Shown: in pieces, positions 1 to 11,661 of the stretch
How positions within the stretch are numbered: the stretch's first letter is position 1
Layout of the letters: the number at the start of each line of letters is the position of its first letter
Assembly: GCA_020891255.1 (NCBI GenBank)
Contig: BQFW01000003.1
Span: forward strand, 434,001-498,000
DNA: 64,000 nucleotides
Source: Entomortierella parvispora E1425
Taxonomy: Eukaryota; Fungi; Mortierellomycota
Direction: 5' to 3'
Translations under genes and position numbers: made by a program
Notes under the pieces: generated by a model
Databases searched by the model: none
What the model was told of the DNA's origin: nothing
Seen by the model: only the letters and a program-made list of their open reading frames with translations

Positions 1-2405
1 TCCTCACCAATGGCCACAAGTCGAATATTGTTTTATCCGCAACCAGCTGATATTCTTACATGCGTTGACGAAGTCCACAGACTCGAGGTAGTTGGAGTGT
101 GGCAAATCCGGGGCAGATGTGTTGTTCTCAGAGGTCCTGAGTTCCGAGAATTCAGACGCCAGTTGGTTTAGAGATCCTTTCATGAGCTGTCCTTTTCCCA
201 CATAGCCTGTTGACCTGGGTGTATCCAGTGAGAGATCATCGACATCCACATCGTTATCGTTCGAGGAGTCGGCCAGGACAGTTGGTTGAAATCCTGACTC
301 GTAATGGAACCGATTACCAACTTGGCGACGCAATCTCCTCTCGTGAGCGTCTACATCTGTGATAGAAGCCTGTCGGCCATGACCAAGTTTAATGCCAGGC
401 GATGCAAGCACAGGGGATGGTCGACCAGGTATAATGACTCCAGACAAGGCCGGTCCTGCCAGAGGACTAGAAGCAGAAGATCTTATTGTACTGGGCATGA
501 TCTTTGGTGAGGCCTTTGGTGAGCCTTTAGGAGATATGTTGGGAGAGCGAGCCAGGAGCGGCGTCCTGATCCCTGCTCCAAGAAGAGAAGGTCCCGGTGA
601 GGTATATTGCTGCTGCTGCTCGTAATCTGAGGCCACGTTCATATCGATATAGGATGCCTTTCTGGATTTCACAAGGTATCGTCCTGAAAGCGAGGAACTA
701 CGAGAGATCGAGGGCGAAGGTGTATCCCTGTCTCTGTCCGAATTGCGATCACGCATTGTATCATTGGAAGCTGGATTCCGCATGTTCTCGAATGGGTTGT
801 TCTGCGATGCAACCTCCAAGAGTGACGCTATACTCTGTCCAGTATTGGGCGACCCAGATCTAGACCGTCGTTCCTGAGCCATGTACTGAGAAAAGGACCC
901 TGTAGGGATCGAGGTCGAGTATGTATTCATAGATGGCGATGGTATACTCCGTGTTGGGGACCATCCATCCAAGGAAATGTCGTCCGTGATGGATGCCCTC
1001 CGAGAGCGAGCAATCCTGCCAATTGGCTTTGGTGAAGAAGGGCTTGATCCATGCTCCGAGTGAGTTCCAGCATCAATCCAGGATGTCCTCCTAGAACGAA
1101 TCAAGTACTTGCCGCCACTGACTCCGGTTGCGTTGTTACCTCCAGTGCTACTACTGGCTCCTGTTGCGGGCTTGGCAAGAAACGATCCCTGATCCCAATC
1201 ACTCAGGCTGTTGGACACCGATGTTGCTAAATTGGAGGGTCTCCGGCTGGAGCTTCCTCCTCTTGGGTGCTGATGCGTTAGGCGGGGTGATTCTGGAATG
1301 GACAGCGAATCACTATTAACCCGATAGTGATGTTGTTGAGATACATCATCAGAATCATTGGATGATAGTGACGATCGACTCGATCGTCGAGCGAGCAACG
1401 GCTGGGGGATAGGGATACTTTTGAACTTTGTGCTGGAAGTTGACTCTGAGTTTCCGTGTTGGTGACTAGCTTGAGAATGTGAGTGAGGATGCATTGACTG
1501 GTAGGACGAACTGAACTGATCCGAAGGCCGTTTGAGGATACGACCTGATTCAAAGGATGACGCCGCTGAGGACGTCCCAGAAGCCGATCCGAGGTTGTCA
1601 AAGGAACTCTTGCGACGCGCCGGGATGGCTGCCGCTACTGGTGGGGATGGGAACCGACCTGGTTTCGGTGAGGACTCTCTGCTAGTGTTGGAGGTTGTAT
1701 TGCTGCCGCTGCCATGCATGGAATCCGAGTGATGTAACGAATGCAGTCGCGACAGACTGGAGCTGCTGGTACTCCTACTACTGCTACCAATGCCCTGGCT
1801 GTTGGCGATGCCGATGGTGATTGAGGACATTTTGGGTAATGCTGTTGGCATCAGAATTCGGTCTCGCGTCGGGCTGCTGCCAATCCCCAGGGCCGAGCGA
1901 CCCCTCGTCTCTGGAAGGCGACCATGGTTTATGTTGGTGGGGGTCCTGCCTCCAGATATGCTTCCGCTGTCATTGAAGGAGATACTCGTTGATGGGCCAT
2001 GGTTGGTGCCATCGATGCTCCTCCTGGGAACAGGCTGCTGCAGCTGCAGTCCTTCAGTCTCGACAGACGGGGTGGCAGGGGATAGGGTCAGCGACGGGCT
2101 GTCTCGCAAACCTGGAATGCGCATAAAAGTGAGGCATTTTCATGCATGTTAATCTCCATTAATGCGAACTACACGCAGTAAACCAACTCATGGGCCTGGA
2201 AGGTCTTGCCACGCTTACCTGTGTGGCTAGGGTTGACAACTGGCGACGGAAGCTGAGAAGAGGAAGTGGTGTCCTGTGGCGACGCGGAAGAGGAGGAGGA
2301 GGAGGAGGAGGGGGAGGGGGAAGACGCTGTGGTGTTTGTGGTGGTGTTTGGGTTCAATGGAGAGGATCGCTTTGTGGTCTTTATCTTTTCAGAAAAGATC
2401 TTCAT
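1..2405 (-). CDS. Ser/Pro-rich low-complexity protein, N-terminal part of an unidentified gene; continues beyond the left edge of the window
   Basis: Exon 1 2405-2219 (MKIFSEK...PSHT) ends at donor GTAAGC. After a 107-nt intron ending CCAG, exon 2 2111-60 joins in phase ([10 protein letters not shown]) and ends at donor GTAAGA (59). About 745 codons with no recognisable folded domain; several RRxS/RKxS motifs. Confidence 0.75.
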
Positions 2406-2494
2406 GGCGGAGAGGAAGGGTGTGAGGTTGGTGGCCGCGGGGAATGCTGGCGGAGGCTACTTTTCCGTTGCTGTGATGGATGGACGGAAGGAGA

Positions 2495-2538
2495 GATGGA
2501 TGGATGGATGGATGGATGGATGGATGGATGGATGGATG
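2495..2538. repeat. (GGAT)n microsatellite, about 11 units
   Basis: Direct read of the sequence; lies just upstream of the gene at 1-2405. Confidence 0.95.
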
Positions 2539-3919
2539 AACGGATGGACAATTGGTAGCAGTGTCACGATAGATGAAAGAGATGGAACGAACGGAAATGT
2601 GGGATTGCAAGCGAGGGTGCTGAGTGGAGGGAGAGTCTTGTGTCCGTTTTTTCGTGTGTCAGTTTGCGTCTTGCCGGATATGTGTCTGTCTGTCAGCGTG
2701 TGAGGAGTGAAGACATGCGTGTGTGTGTGTGTGTATGTGTATGTGTGATGACGGAGGGGAGTGGGAGAGATGGGAAGGATGAAGGGACCATGAGGGAATG
2801 AAGAAGAAGGGAAGAAAGAGGGCACCCAAGAGGAGAGAGCAATGCAGAGAGAGCGAGAGGGAGAGAGACACCATGGGTGGACACACAGACACACGCTCGA
2901 CCGAGTGTGTCCAGACAGTGAGTGCATTCTTTTTCATTCCCCCACTGCACACCACAGCATGCACACTGCACACTGCACACTGCTGATTCATTCACACAAC
3001 ACACACACATCAAAAAGCAAATGGCCCAGGCTGTTGATTGCATATCTGTCGGATGAACCATGCACATCAAAGGTCCAGAAAGGTAAAGAGGATGGGGAGA
3101 TCTTGTCCTCCTCCTCCCTGCCTGTCCCCATTCATCTTTGGTAGTGTATCGCCAACAATAAACAGAAGATGGAGGAAATGAACTTTTCACTGTGTCACCC
3201 TGTACAACGAGAAGCCAATTGAACCTTGCACAGTCAGTGCCTGCGCATCAGACCCCCTTCCCGCTTGATCCGCACCCCGCATGGCCCCCACACCCCGTCC
3301 CCGTTGCCAGCGACACAGACTGAGAGACAGAGAGAGAATGAACGAACGAAAGAAAACGTGGATCTGCAACAACAAGCTTCTTTCTGGCAGGGACCGGTCC
3401 GAGTCAAACCAGAAAAGAGCGCCCAACCCCTCCCACGCGGCAAAGTTTGGAGTGTCTGGATGGCTGTATTCAATCTCTTCATCGGTGCATCCATGCCATG
3501 CATGCACTGTGGATATTTCGTCCTCCTTGGCTGGCCCTGGGCTCACTCGTCTTTTGCTTTCAATAGTCTATCTCAATAGCACTCTCTCCTTTGTTTTCTC
3601 TCCCCTTCATCTCCTTGCTGCAACACGACTGGACAAACCGAAAAAGAGCCGCGAGAGATCACACTCTCTTTCCACGCCACCTATCTTCGTGGGAAAGCCT
3701 CCTGCTCGCTGACTGGTCAGCCGTGGTCGCCAGCACTCTGGCGAGCCCCATCTGCACCAAATGCGGAAGGATTGACGTGCTTGGGATCCACATCCGCAGA
3801 AGACAAAGAGGGGAACGGCTCCGCCCTTCGCCCTTCGCCCTTCGCTGTGGAACCCCCACTGGACAATCAGTCTGACCACGCGTTCCTGGGCCAGGCTGAC
3901 GTGAGTGGCAGCTGTTCAG

Positions 3920-3927
3920 TATAAAAA
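3920..3927 (+). promoter_or_regulatory. Candidate TATA box of TPP2
   Basis: TATAAAAA 200 nt upstream of ATG 4120, followed by a CT-rich leader. Confidence 0.5.
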
Positions 3928-4119
3928 GCCTTGGGTCCTTCATTCTTTTTTCCTTTTCATTTCACTCTTCAATCTCATTTCTCCCTCCTCCCGTCCCTCT
4001 GTTCCATACTTTCCTCTCCTTCCTCTTCTTCCTCCGCCTCTTCCCTTGACGTCCTTCTCATCCTCCTCTCCCTACCTCATTCTTCCTTCTGTCCAACTCT
4101 GCACATAATCCGATCCACA

Positions 4120-7100
4120 ATGACCGCCCTCAAGACCATTCGCCCCATCCCAGAGTTTCCCCTCCAGGGCATCCTTCCCAAGGAGGTAATGAACCGTTGC
4201 CCTTTCTTAGAGTCTATTGTTCTTTGTTGTGTTGACTAACGAGTGCTTGTGAACAACTCTCCACTTCTACATAGGAAACCGAGGCTGCCTCCTACTTGAA
4301 GAAATACCCCAACTATGACGGACGCAACACCATCATTGCCATTCTCGATACTGGTGTTGATCCAGGTGCAGCTGGACTCTTGGTCACCTCGGATGGAAAG
4401 CCAAAGATCATTGACATTGTGGATTGCTCTGGCTCGGGCGATATCCCCACCACCACCGTCGTCAAGCCCACAGAGAATGAGGAAGGCATTCCCGTCATCA
4501 CTGGTCTGACTGGTCGCAAGCTTCTTCTCGGCAAGAGCTGGAAGAACCCTTCTGGTGAATACCGTCTCGGATTCAAGCGCGCCTACGATCTCTTCCCCGA
4601 GGATCTTAAGGATCGCATCAAGAAGGTAATAGAGGAAAAAAAGGATTGCCCCAGTCTTGAGTAACAGTGGGATGAAAAAATTGACTAGCGTGGGAGAAAA
4701 GAAAGGCAAAGAAGGGCCCATTCCGTTGTTTATGTTGAGGTGCTTATTGTTGTCGTTTTTCTCTTGAATCTGTGTAAACAGGAGCGCCTTGCCGAGTTCC
4801 AAAAGAAGCATTTCTCTCTTGTGGCCAAGGTTCAGGAGGAGCAGGCTGCCTTCCTCAAGGCGCATGCCACCCTGTCAGAGGAAGACCAACGCGTGAAGGC
4901 CGATTTCAACGCAAGATTGGAGGTGCTCAAGGATTCCTTGAAGAACTTTTCTGACCCTGGCCCGGTGTACGATGTTGTTGTTTTCCATGATGGCTCAGTC
5001 TGGCGCGCTGTTGTCGACGCGAAGGAGGACGGTGATCTTCAGGGTAAGTCTTTATTTGTTGTTGAAGAATTCACAGAAAGATCATCCTCCCTCGGCATTT
5101 TCTGATTGGCTTCTCTTTTTCTTTTTCTTTTTATGCGCCAACAGATGCTCCTCAACTGACCAATTATAAGACTGAGCGCCAGTACGCGACCTTCAGCAAC
5201 CAGGACAAGTGCAACTACAGCGTCAACATCTACGATAACGGCAACATGCTCTCTCTCGTCGTCATTGCTGGTTCTCACGGCACTCACGTCGCCGCCATCA
5301 CTGCTGCCAACCACCCTGACGAGCCTGCTTTGAACGGTGTTGCTCCCGGCGCCCAGATTGTCTCCATCAAGATTGGTGACTCTCGCCTCGGAAGCATGGA
5401 GACCCAACACGCTCTTACTCGTGCTGTGCAGGTCATCATTGAGGACAAGTGCGATCTTGCCAACATGTCTTATGGTGAGGCTTCTAGCTACCCCGATATT
5501 GGACGCTTTGTCGAGTTGATTCGCGAGGAGGCTGTCGGTCGCCATGGCTGCATCTTTGTCTCATCCGCCGGAAATGCTGGCCCTGCTTTGAGCACTGTTG
5601 GTTCCCCTGGCGGCACCTCTTCTGGCATTTTCAGTGTCGGTGCTTTCCAGAGTCAGGCCATGCAGCAGGCCGAGTATGCCCTCTACGAGGCCGTGCCTGA
5701 GAGACCTTATACCTGGTCTTCTCGTGGCCCCGCTCTTGATGGAGCTGTTGGTGTTGACATTTACGCCCCCGGCGCTGCCATCACATCCATTCCTGAATAC
5801 GAACTTTCAAAGTACCAGCGCATGAACGGTACCTCGATGAGCTCCCCCAACGCTTGCGGCTGCATTTCGTTGATTCTTTCTGGACTTAAGGCTGAAAACA
5901 AAGCATATACCCCCTACCGTGTTCACCGCGCTCTCGTCAATGCCTCCAAGGACATTCAGGATCAATTCCGCGTTGGATTCCTCCAGGTCGAGAAGACTTT
6001 TGAGCATCTCTTGACCTACCACGCCTACGAGGAGCAGGATGTTGACTACAAGATCCAGATTGCAGAGCGTGAGAACGCCCGCGGCATTTACATCCGAGAG
6101 TGGGAAGAGTGCAACAAGGCACACACCCTGACCGTCAAGGTCGAGCCAAAGTTCATGAAGGACGTTGATTACAACAAGCCCGATATCAACGAGAAGAAGC
6201 TCTCATTTGAGTGCCGCATGACCCTCGTTGCCACCGAGAGCTGGATCCGCGTTCCTGACCACCTTTTCATGAACAGCGCTCTTCGTCAGTTCGAGGTCAC
6301 GGTTGACCCCACTCAACTCGCCGCTGGTTCGGTTCACTTTGGTGAGATCCAGGCTTTTGATTCATCCTGCCCCGCCCGCGGCCCTGTCTTTAGCATCTAT
6401 GTCACCGTCGCCAAGCCTGTCGAGTTGACCACCCAGTCCTACATCAAGTTTGAGAACGTTCAGTTTGGACCTGGTCACATTGAACGTCGCCTGATTCGTG
6501 TCCCTGCTGGTGCCACCCATGCCGAGGCCGTTATCCGTAGTGCCAGCGGCGCCAATGTTGCTCAGTTGTCGGCCAAGTTTGTGGTGTATGTCGCCCAGTT
6601 GATTCCCCAGCTTCGCAATGACCACACCAACCAGGGTTACATGATCCGCCTCGGCAAGGGAAGCTACGGTGAGGCTGGAGCTGAGGAGCAGTCTGAGACC
6701 AAGCGCTTCTCTGTCTACAGCAACCACACCATGGAACTCTGCTTGGCGCAGTACTGGGATAGCCCAGGCGCCCATAACGTCACTGTTGAGTTGACTTTCC
6801 ATGGTATCCAGATTGCTGGACCCACCAGCGGACCCCGCACCGTCTTTGTCAACGGTGGTGACCACATTACTCGCTTCCACGTTTCTGCTCCCATCCGTCG
6901 CGAGGAGGGTCTCTCTCCCAGCATCTCTTTGGACACCCTCCGCAAGATTGTTCGTCCCTCGGAAAGCTCTATCAAGCCATTGGTCGCTGACCGTGATAGC
7001 TTGCCCAACTCTCGCCTTATGTACAACTTGATCTCCACCTACAACTTCAAGGTTGAAGCCTCTGGCAAGGAGTCCGTCACTGTCTCGCCTCGCTTCCCCA

Positions 7101-8338
7101 GCTTGAACAATCTTTTGTATGACTCTCCTTTGGAGATGTTCTTGATCGTCTCTGACGTGAACAACAAGGTTGTTGGCTTTGGTGATGTCTACGTCAAGAA
7201 GTTCAAGCTCCCCAAGGGCGACTACAGCATGCGTCTCCAGCTTCGCCACGAGAGCGAAGAGACTTTGGAGAAGTTGCGTCACTTGCCCGCTGTCATTGAC
7301 TTCAGCTTGGCCAAGTCTCAGACTTTGGAGGTTTCCGGAAACTGGCCCGATGCTCTTGTCAGCAAGAAGAATGCATTCCCAAGTGTCTTGGAGCGAGGAG
7401 ATACCAAGGCAGCATTCGTGGTCTCTTCCACGGAGCACCCCAAGGGAGCCAAGCCCGGCGACTTTTTGGTTGGAGAGTGGAAGTGGGGCGGACCCAAGGT
7501 GGATGGTCAGCCTATTGCTCGCGTTGTCTACGCCATTGCCCCTGAGCAGATCGCTATCAAGGAGGAGACTGTCGAGCTTGAGGAGGAGATCAATGTTGCT
7601 AAGCAATTGGCTGAGCAGGTTCGCGACGCCCAGGTCGCCTGGTTGAAGAAGAGCGGGTCTGCCTACAAGACCGAGAAGGACAAGGAGGCCGCTGCTGTTG
7701 CCAGAAAGGAGTTGATTGAGCAATTGGAGGCCGCTGGTCATGGAGAGCATCTTCCTTTCATGTTGGCTCAGTTGGACGTGTCGATTGCTGTTGCAGAGGG
7801 AGCTGAGGCTTCGGTCAAGGATGAGAAGTGGAGAGAGGTCCTTGTTGTTGCTGACAAGATCACCAACGCGATCGACCAGGCCGCCCTTGCTCAGTTCTTT
7901 GGTCTCAAGCCCGTGACTCTTCACGGCAAGGCCGAGGCTGAGCAGCGCAAGGTCAAGAAGGAGAAGGAGGAGGCCAAGGCCGCGTTGGTGGCTGCTCTCA
8001 AGGCCCGTTGTGTTGCTCTTGTTGCACTCAAGGAGGACTCTGATGCCGCTTACAACCACTTGAGCCAATGGAGCGAAGGCACTGGTGTCTCTGACTGGAA
8101 GTCTGTGAACGTTTACTTGGAGCGTGAGCGCAAACATGGTCGCAATGGATTGGCCCTTCAGCGTGTTAATAGCTGGTTGAGCGAGCAGGGCGGTGGAAGC
8201 AAGGAAAGCGCTGCCAACATCAAGAGTGCGATTGCTATTCGTCGTGAGATCTTGCACGAGTTGAACTGGACTTTGTGGGAGGACTACGAGCAGAGCTGGG
8301 ACGGCATCCGTTTGCCCAAGGCCGCCGCCACCTTCTAA
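4120..8338 (+). CDS. TPP2: Tripeptidyl peptidase II (subtilisin family S8)
   Basis: Exons 4120-4185, 4275-4625, 4782-5043 and 5145-8338, all GT-AG and phase-consistent. Catalytic motifs IAILDTGVDPGA, GSHGTHVA and NGTSMSSP; N-terminus PKEETEA..YPNYDGR and DGKPKIIDIVDCSGSGD are typical of TPP II. Confidence 0.96.
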
Positions 8339-9604
8339 ACTTACACGAAAAGACCAGACCATGTGATCTGAGTTTGTACATGTACGTACAAAATGTAGAA
8401 TAAAACCCTTAACTCTTTGACACCACGATTTGATTGGGCAGTGGGTGTTCAAAATCGCGCACTTTTTTTTGAATATTCTAATGTCTTTCTGGCTCGCTGG
8501 ATTACCGAGGGATTTGTGGTGCTGGGACCTTCTTATTGCCCCACAATCCCAAGGATTAATGAAGAAATTACTTTTTTTTTCCTTTACCTCATCATTCGCT
8601 GGTATCGAGACGAGTTGCTTGATACTCTCTTCAACAGGTGCAGGTCGAACCAGAGAATGTCGCTGGTGGTTTGATCCGCCCATCTGCTCCGGATAAAAAC
8701 GGCACCCGCTCGGCGAGGTGCAGCGAACAAAAACAAACAAAAAGTCGATTGCAGCGTCTCACAAGTAGAAAATTATAATTCTAAGCAGCGGGTGGATGAC
8801 CACCGACCACAGGCACCCGCTGTTTAGGTGGATGAGTCGTTGCGAGTGGAGTAGAGAGTGGCCGTCAAAACAATCATCAACAACAATGGCAACAAAAAAA
8901 ATCAGCAAAAACAACTACAAGCGCAACACAACAAGGATGAACAACGAACGAAAATGCCGCAATTAGGAAGTTGAAGGTGAAGGGTTTCTTTTACCTTGAG
9001 AGCTGCTCAATTGGCGAATGAATGAACAAAGAGAATAATGAATAAAAAGGGAGTGGTTCAATCGTGGTGGCCGCGGCAAATCCTTTGTCCAGAAGCGAAG
9101 CAGCAACAGGCAGGCAGAACGGACGAAAGGACGAGATCTAAAAAAGTGTGGGCAAGGCAATTAGAAGCGGGGGTAGACCTCCAGTACCCAGGTTCGACTG
9201 GCGTGCGTAAACTCTGTTCCCGTTCTTTCTTTGACTTTGGCTTTTTTTCGTACCTTCTTCTCTCGCAGTCCAGGCAAACCCAGCAGAGCCAGCCAGGGCA
9301 AGCCCCCCTGTCCTGTTCTTTTACGCTCTTGCATCTGGTTGAGGTTGAGGCTACTGGTCTCACACGCGGAGTATTGTATGGGTATTGTAGTGCGCGATGC
9401 GACGATTGATTGACTGATCGCATTGTACCTGGCCTTGAATCGAGTCGTCTTGTTTATCTTTTTTCTCTGCTCTTTTCAAACACCGGCCGTCTCTCCCTTC
9501 CTCCTTTCTTTTCCTCTCTTCTCTCTTTCTCTCTTTTCTCTCTCTTTTCTCTTCTTTTTCTTCCTCATTCCACTCTCCCCATCACCTCTTACATCTACAT
9601 CACA

Positions 9605-10798
9605 ATGTCTCTCTCCCACGGTCAGGAAATCGAGTTCAAGGAGGCTTTCGCCCTCTTCGACCCCACCAACTCCGGTGTCATCCAGCCCAAGGCCTTTGCC
9701 GACTTCCTTGCTGCAAGTAGACCCTCTGCTCGTCATCTCTTCCCCAAACTCTCTTCATTCCTCTACTCTTCAGCGCGAATGCCGTCAATGAGTTTTTGCA
9801 TTCTCTGCTTCAATAAGTTTTCTTTCGACTTTGCCACTCCTGCCTTCTTTCTGCAAACATGAGATTCTGGACCTGTGCCGAGGAGTGTCGAAACCCTGGG
9901 AACTGCTCTTGCTCAGAACTCTGGACTCAACTGAGCAGCCAATGGCTGGATTAAGCTTGATCTTTTTTCGGTTGCAGGCTATTAATGACATTGGATCCAC
10001 TGTCGTCTTGCTCTTTGACATCCTCGTTCGCCTGGAGAGACTCGTATTGTCTATCTGTCTGTTGGCCGATGGACTGGACACAAACTATGATGATAACAAC
10101 AGCAACAGCGTTGATGTTGACGATTGATGCAACAGACACTGCTGGCACAGACGTTTTATTTTTATTTTGGTCCCGCCCTAGAGTCCCTGCTCCGTCCTTT
10201 TTTTTTTTTTACCTTTGTCGATAGTTTTCTATTCCCCACTCCGTCTCCCCCTCTCCTCGGTTTTCATCAAAGAGCAGGTTAATAACCCGGGTAATCGTCA
10301 TTTTTATCATTTATTTCAATAGCTCCTCAACAACCCCGAGTTGACCAACAGTATCAAGCTCCCCACCCAGCCTTTGGACTTCAAGGCCTTCTCTGCCTTG
10401 ATGGCCCGCAACCACAAGGGTGCTGAGACTTCCGATGAGGCCTACGGTGCTCTTTTCCACACCATCAACAAGGATGGTTCCGGCAACGTCTCCTCTGCCG
10501 AGCTCCGTGCCGCTCTCCAGCACTTTGGCAACAACTCTCTCTCCGAGGTAAGAAAAACAAACAGCTGACGGATGCTGTATTGAAATCCAAATTCAATGAT
10601 AGTCGGCGGCGCAATGATCTCTCCAAAACACCAAGCTAAACCCCCCTCCTCTCCTTTTTTTCTCTACCATTCTAGGCTGATGTCGATGAGATCGTCCACG
10701 AGGCCGATGTCTCTGGCGATGGCCGCATTACCCTCGAGGAGTTCTTGAAGATCATGCAGAAGTCTGAGAAGAAGCTCCGTGGCGAGCACGTTCTGTAA
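9605..10798 (+). CDS. Calmodulin-like EF-hand protein of about 151 aa with a degenerate N-lobe
   Basis: Exons 9605-9712, 10323-10547 and 10676-10798. EFKEAFALFDPTNSGVI (EF1-like), shortened EF2 ending LDFKAFSALMARN, NKDGSGNVSSAEL (EF3) and canonical DVSGDGRITLEEF (EF4). Intron 1 needs a GC donor to keep frame. Confidence 0.85.
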
Positions 10799-11080
10799 AT
10801 ACGCCTCTAGTGTTTGCGAAACTCTTAGACTTTTCCCCCTCCTCCAGCAATCTCTTCTAGTTCTCTATATTCCCTCCTTTTCAAACATACATATATAAAC
10901 TCTTGTAATAACTAAACACATCGCGGAAGGTTGGACAGAGAGTGCCGGGAAAGATGGCCTGATAGGGGGAGAAGCGAGGAAGGGAGGGGTCGTGTGTCCC
11001 ATTGATTCTCGGAGAAGCGAGCAAGGTTGCAAACAAACAGGCAGACGAGCCAGGTTCTCTCCCCCACAGTTTTTTTTTGC

Positions 11081-11083
<3 letters not shown>

Positions 11084-11114
<31 letters not shown>
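11084..11114. repeat. (GA)n microsatellite
   Basis: About 15 GA units, read directly. Confidence 0.95.
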
Positions 11115-11121
<7 letters not shown>

Positions 11122-11661
11122 CTGGGCGCACAGAAAGGAACTTATTTTCGACTTCAAATCATGGGCACTGGGGAGAACGATTCGAGGCCAAAAGGAAGAA
11201 AGAAGAAAGCTCTCACGCCCTTTCTCAACTCTATCATTTTAGGCCTTGCTCCACAGTGTTTGTCTGCTCCCTTCCCCGTTTTTTTTACAACCTGTCCAGT
11301 CTATTGTTTGCAACTTTGAAGTGGGGGACTTCTCTAGGCTCGAAACGTGGGGAAGATGGGTGGGAAGGATAGTGAAACGTGATCAGCGAGTTTTCATAGG
11401 AAAGGCGAAGGATATGGTACATTTATCAAGGGACTGGATTGGCCTTTTTGGACATCCTCTATTTCCAATCCCTTCAGGCCTTCCCTACTCTCAAAGGTAC
11501 ATGGCTGATGACTGGCACGCCTATACAATGCCCAACGTACAACAAACTCGTGGTATTTAATTTGGCTATGATCTGCTAGGCAATAAAAATGAGGCCTCTC
11601 AAAATTGAAAGGGTTCGATATTATCCAGCAATCATCCATCGTTGACCCACTTTTTTTTTTA

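Noticed and set aside
2169-4108. Many overlapping 60-165 aa ORFs in the first divergent spacer and similar spacers
   Set aside because: Low-complexity products of CT/GA/GT repeats that lack stop codons; only 2405-2219 has splice and phase support.
6362-8740. 792-aa antisense ORF under TPP2
   Set aside because: Mirror-frame ORF expected from strong codon bias (few TTA/CTA/TCA codons on the sense strand); no recognisable motifs.
8638-9205. GTTCGA B-box/T-loop-like motifs near 8645 (minus) and 9192 (plus)
   Set aside because: The flanks do not form a T-stem or cloverleaf; not tRNAs.
10087-10094. ATGATGA C-box-like motif in the long calmodulin-like intron
   Set aside because: No CTGA D-box or terminal stem downstream within the intron; a C/D snoRNA is not supported.
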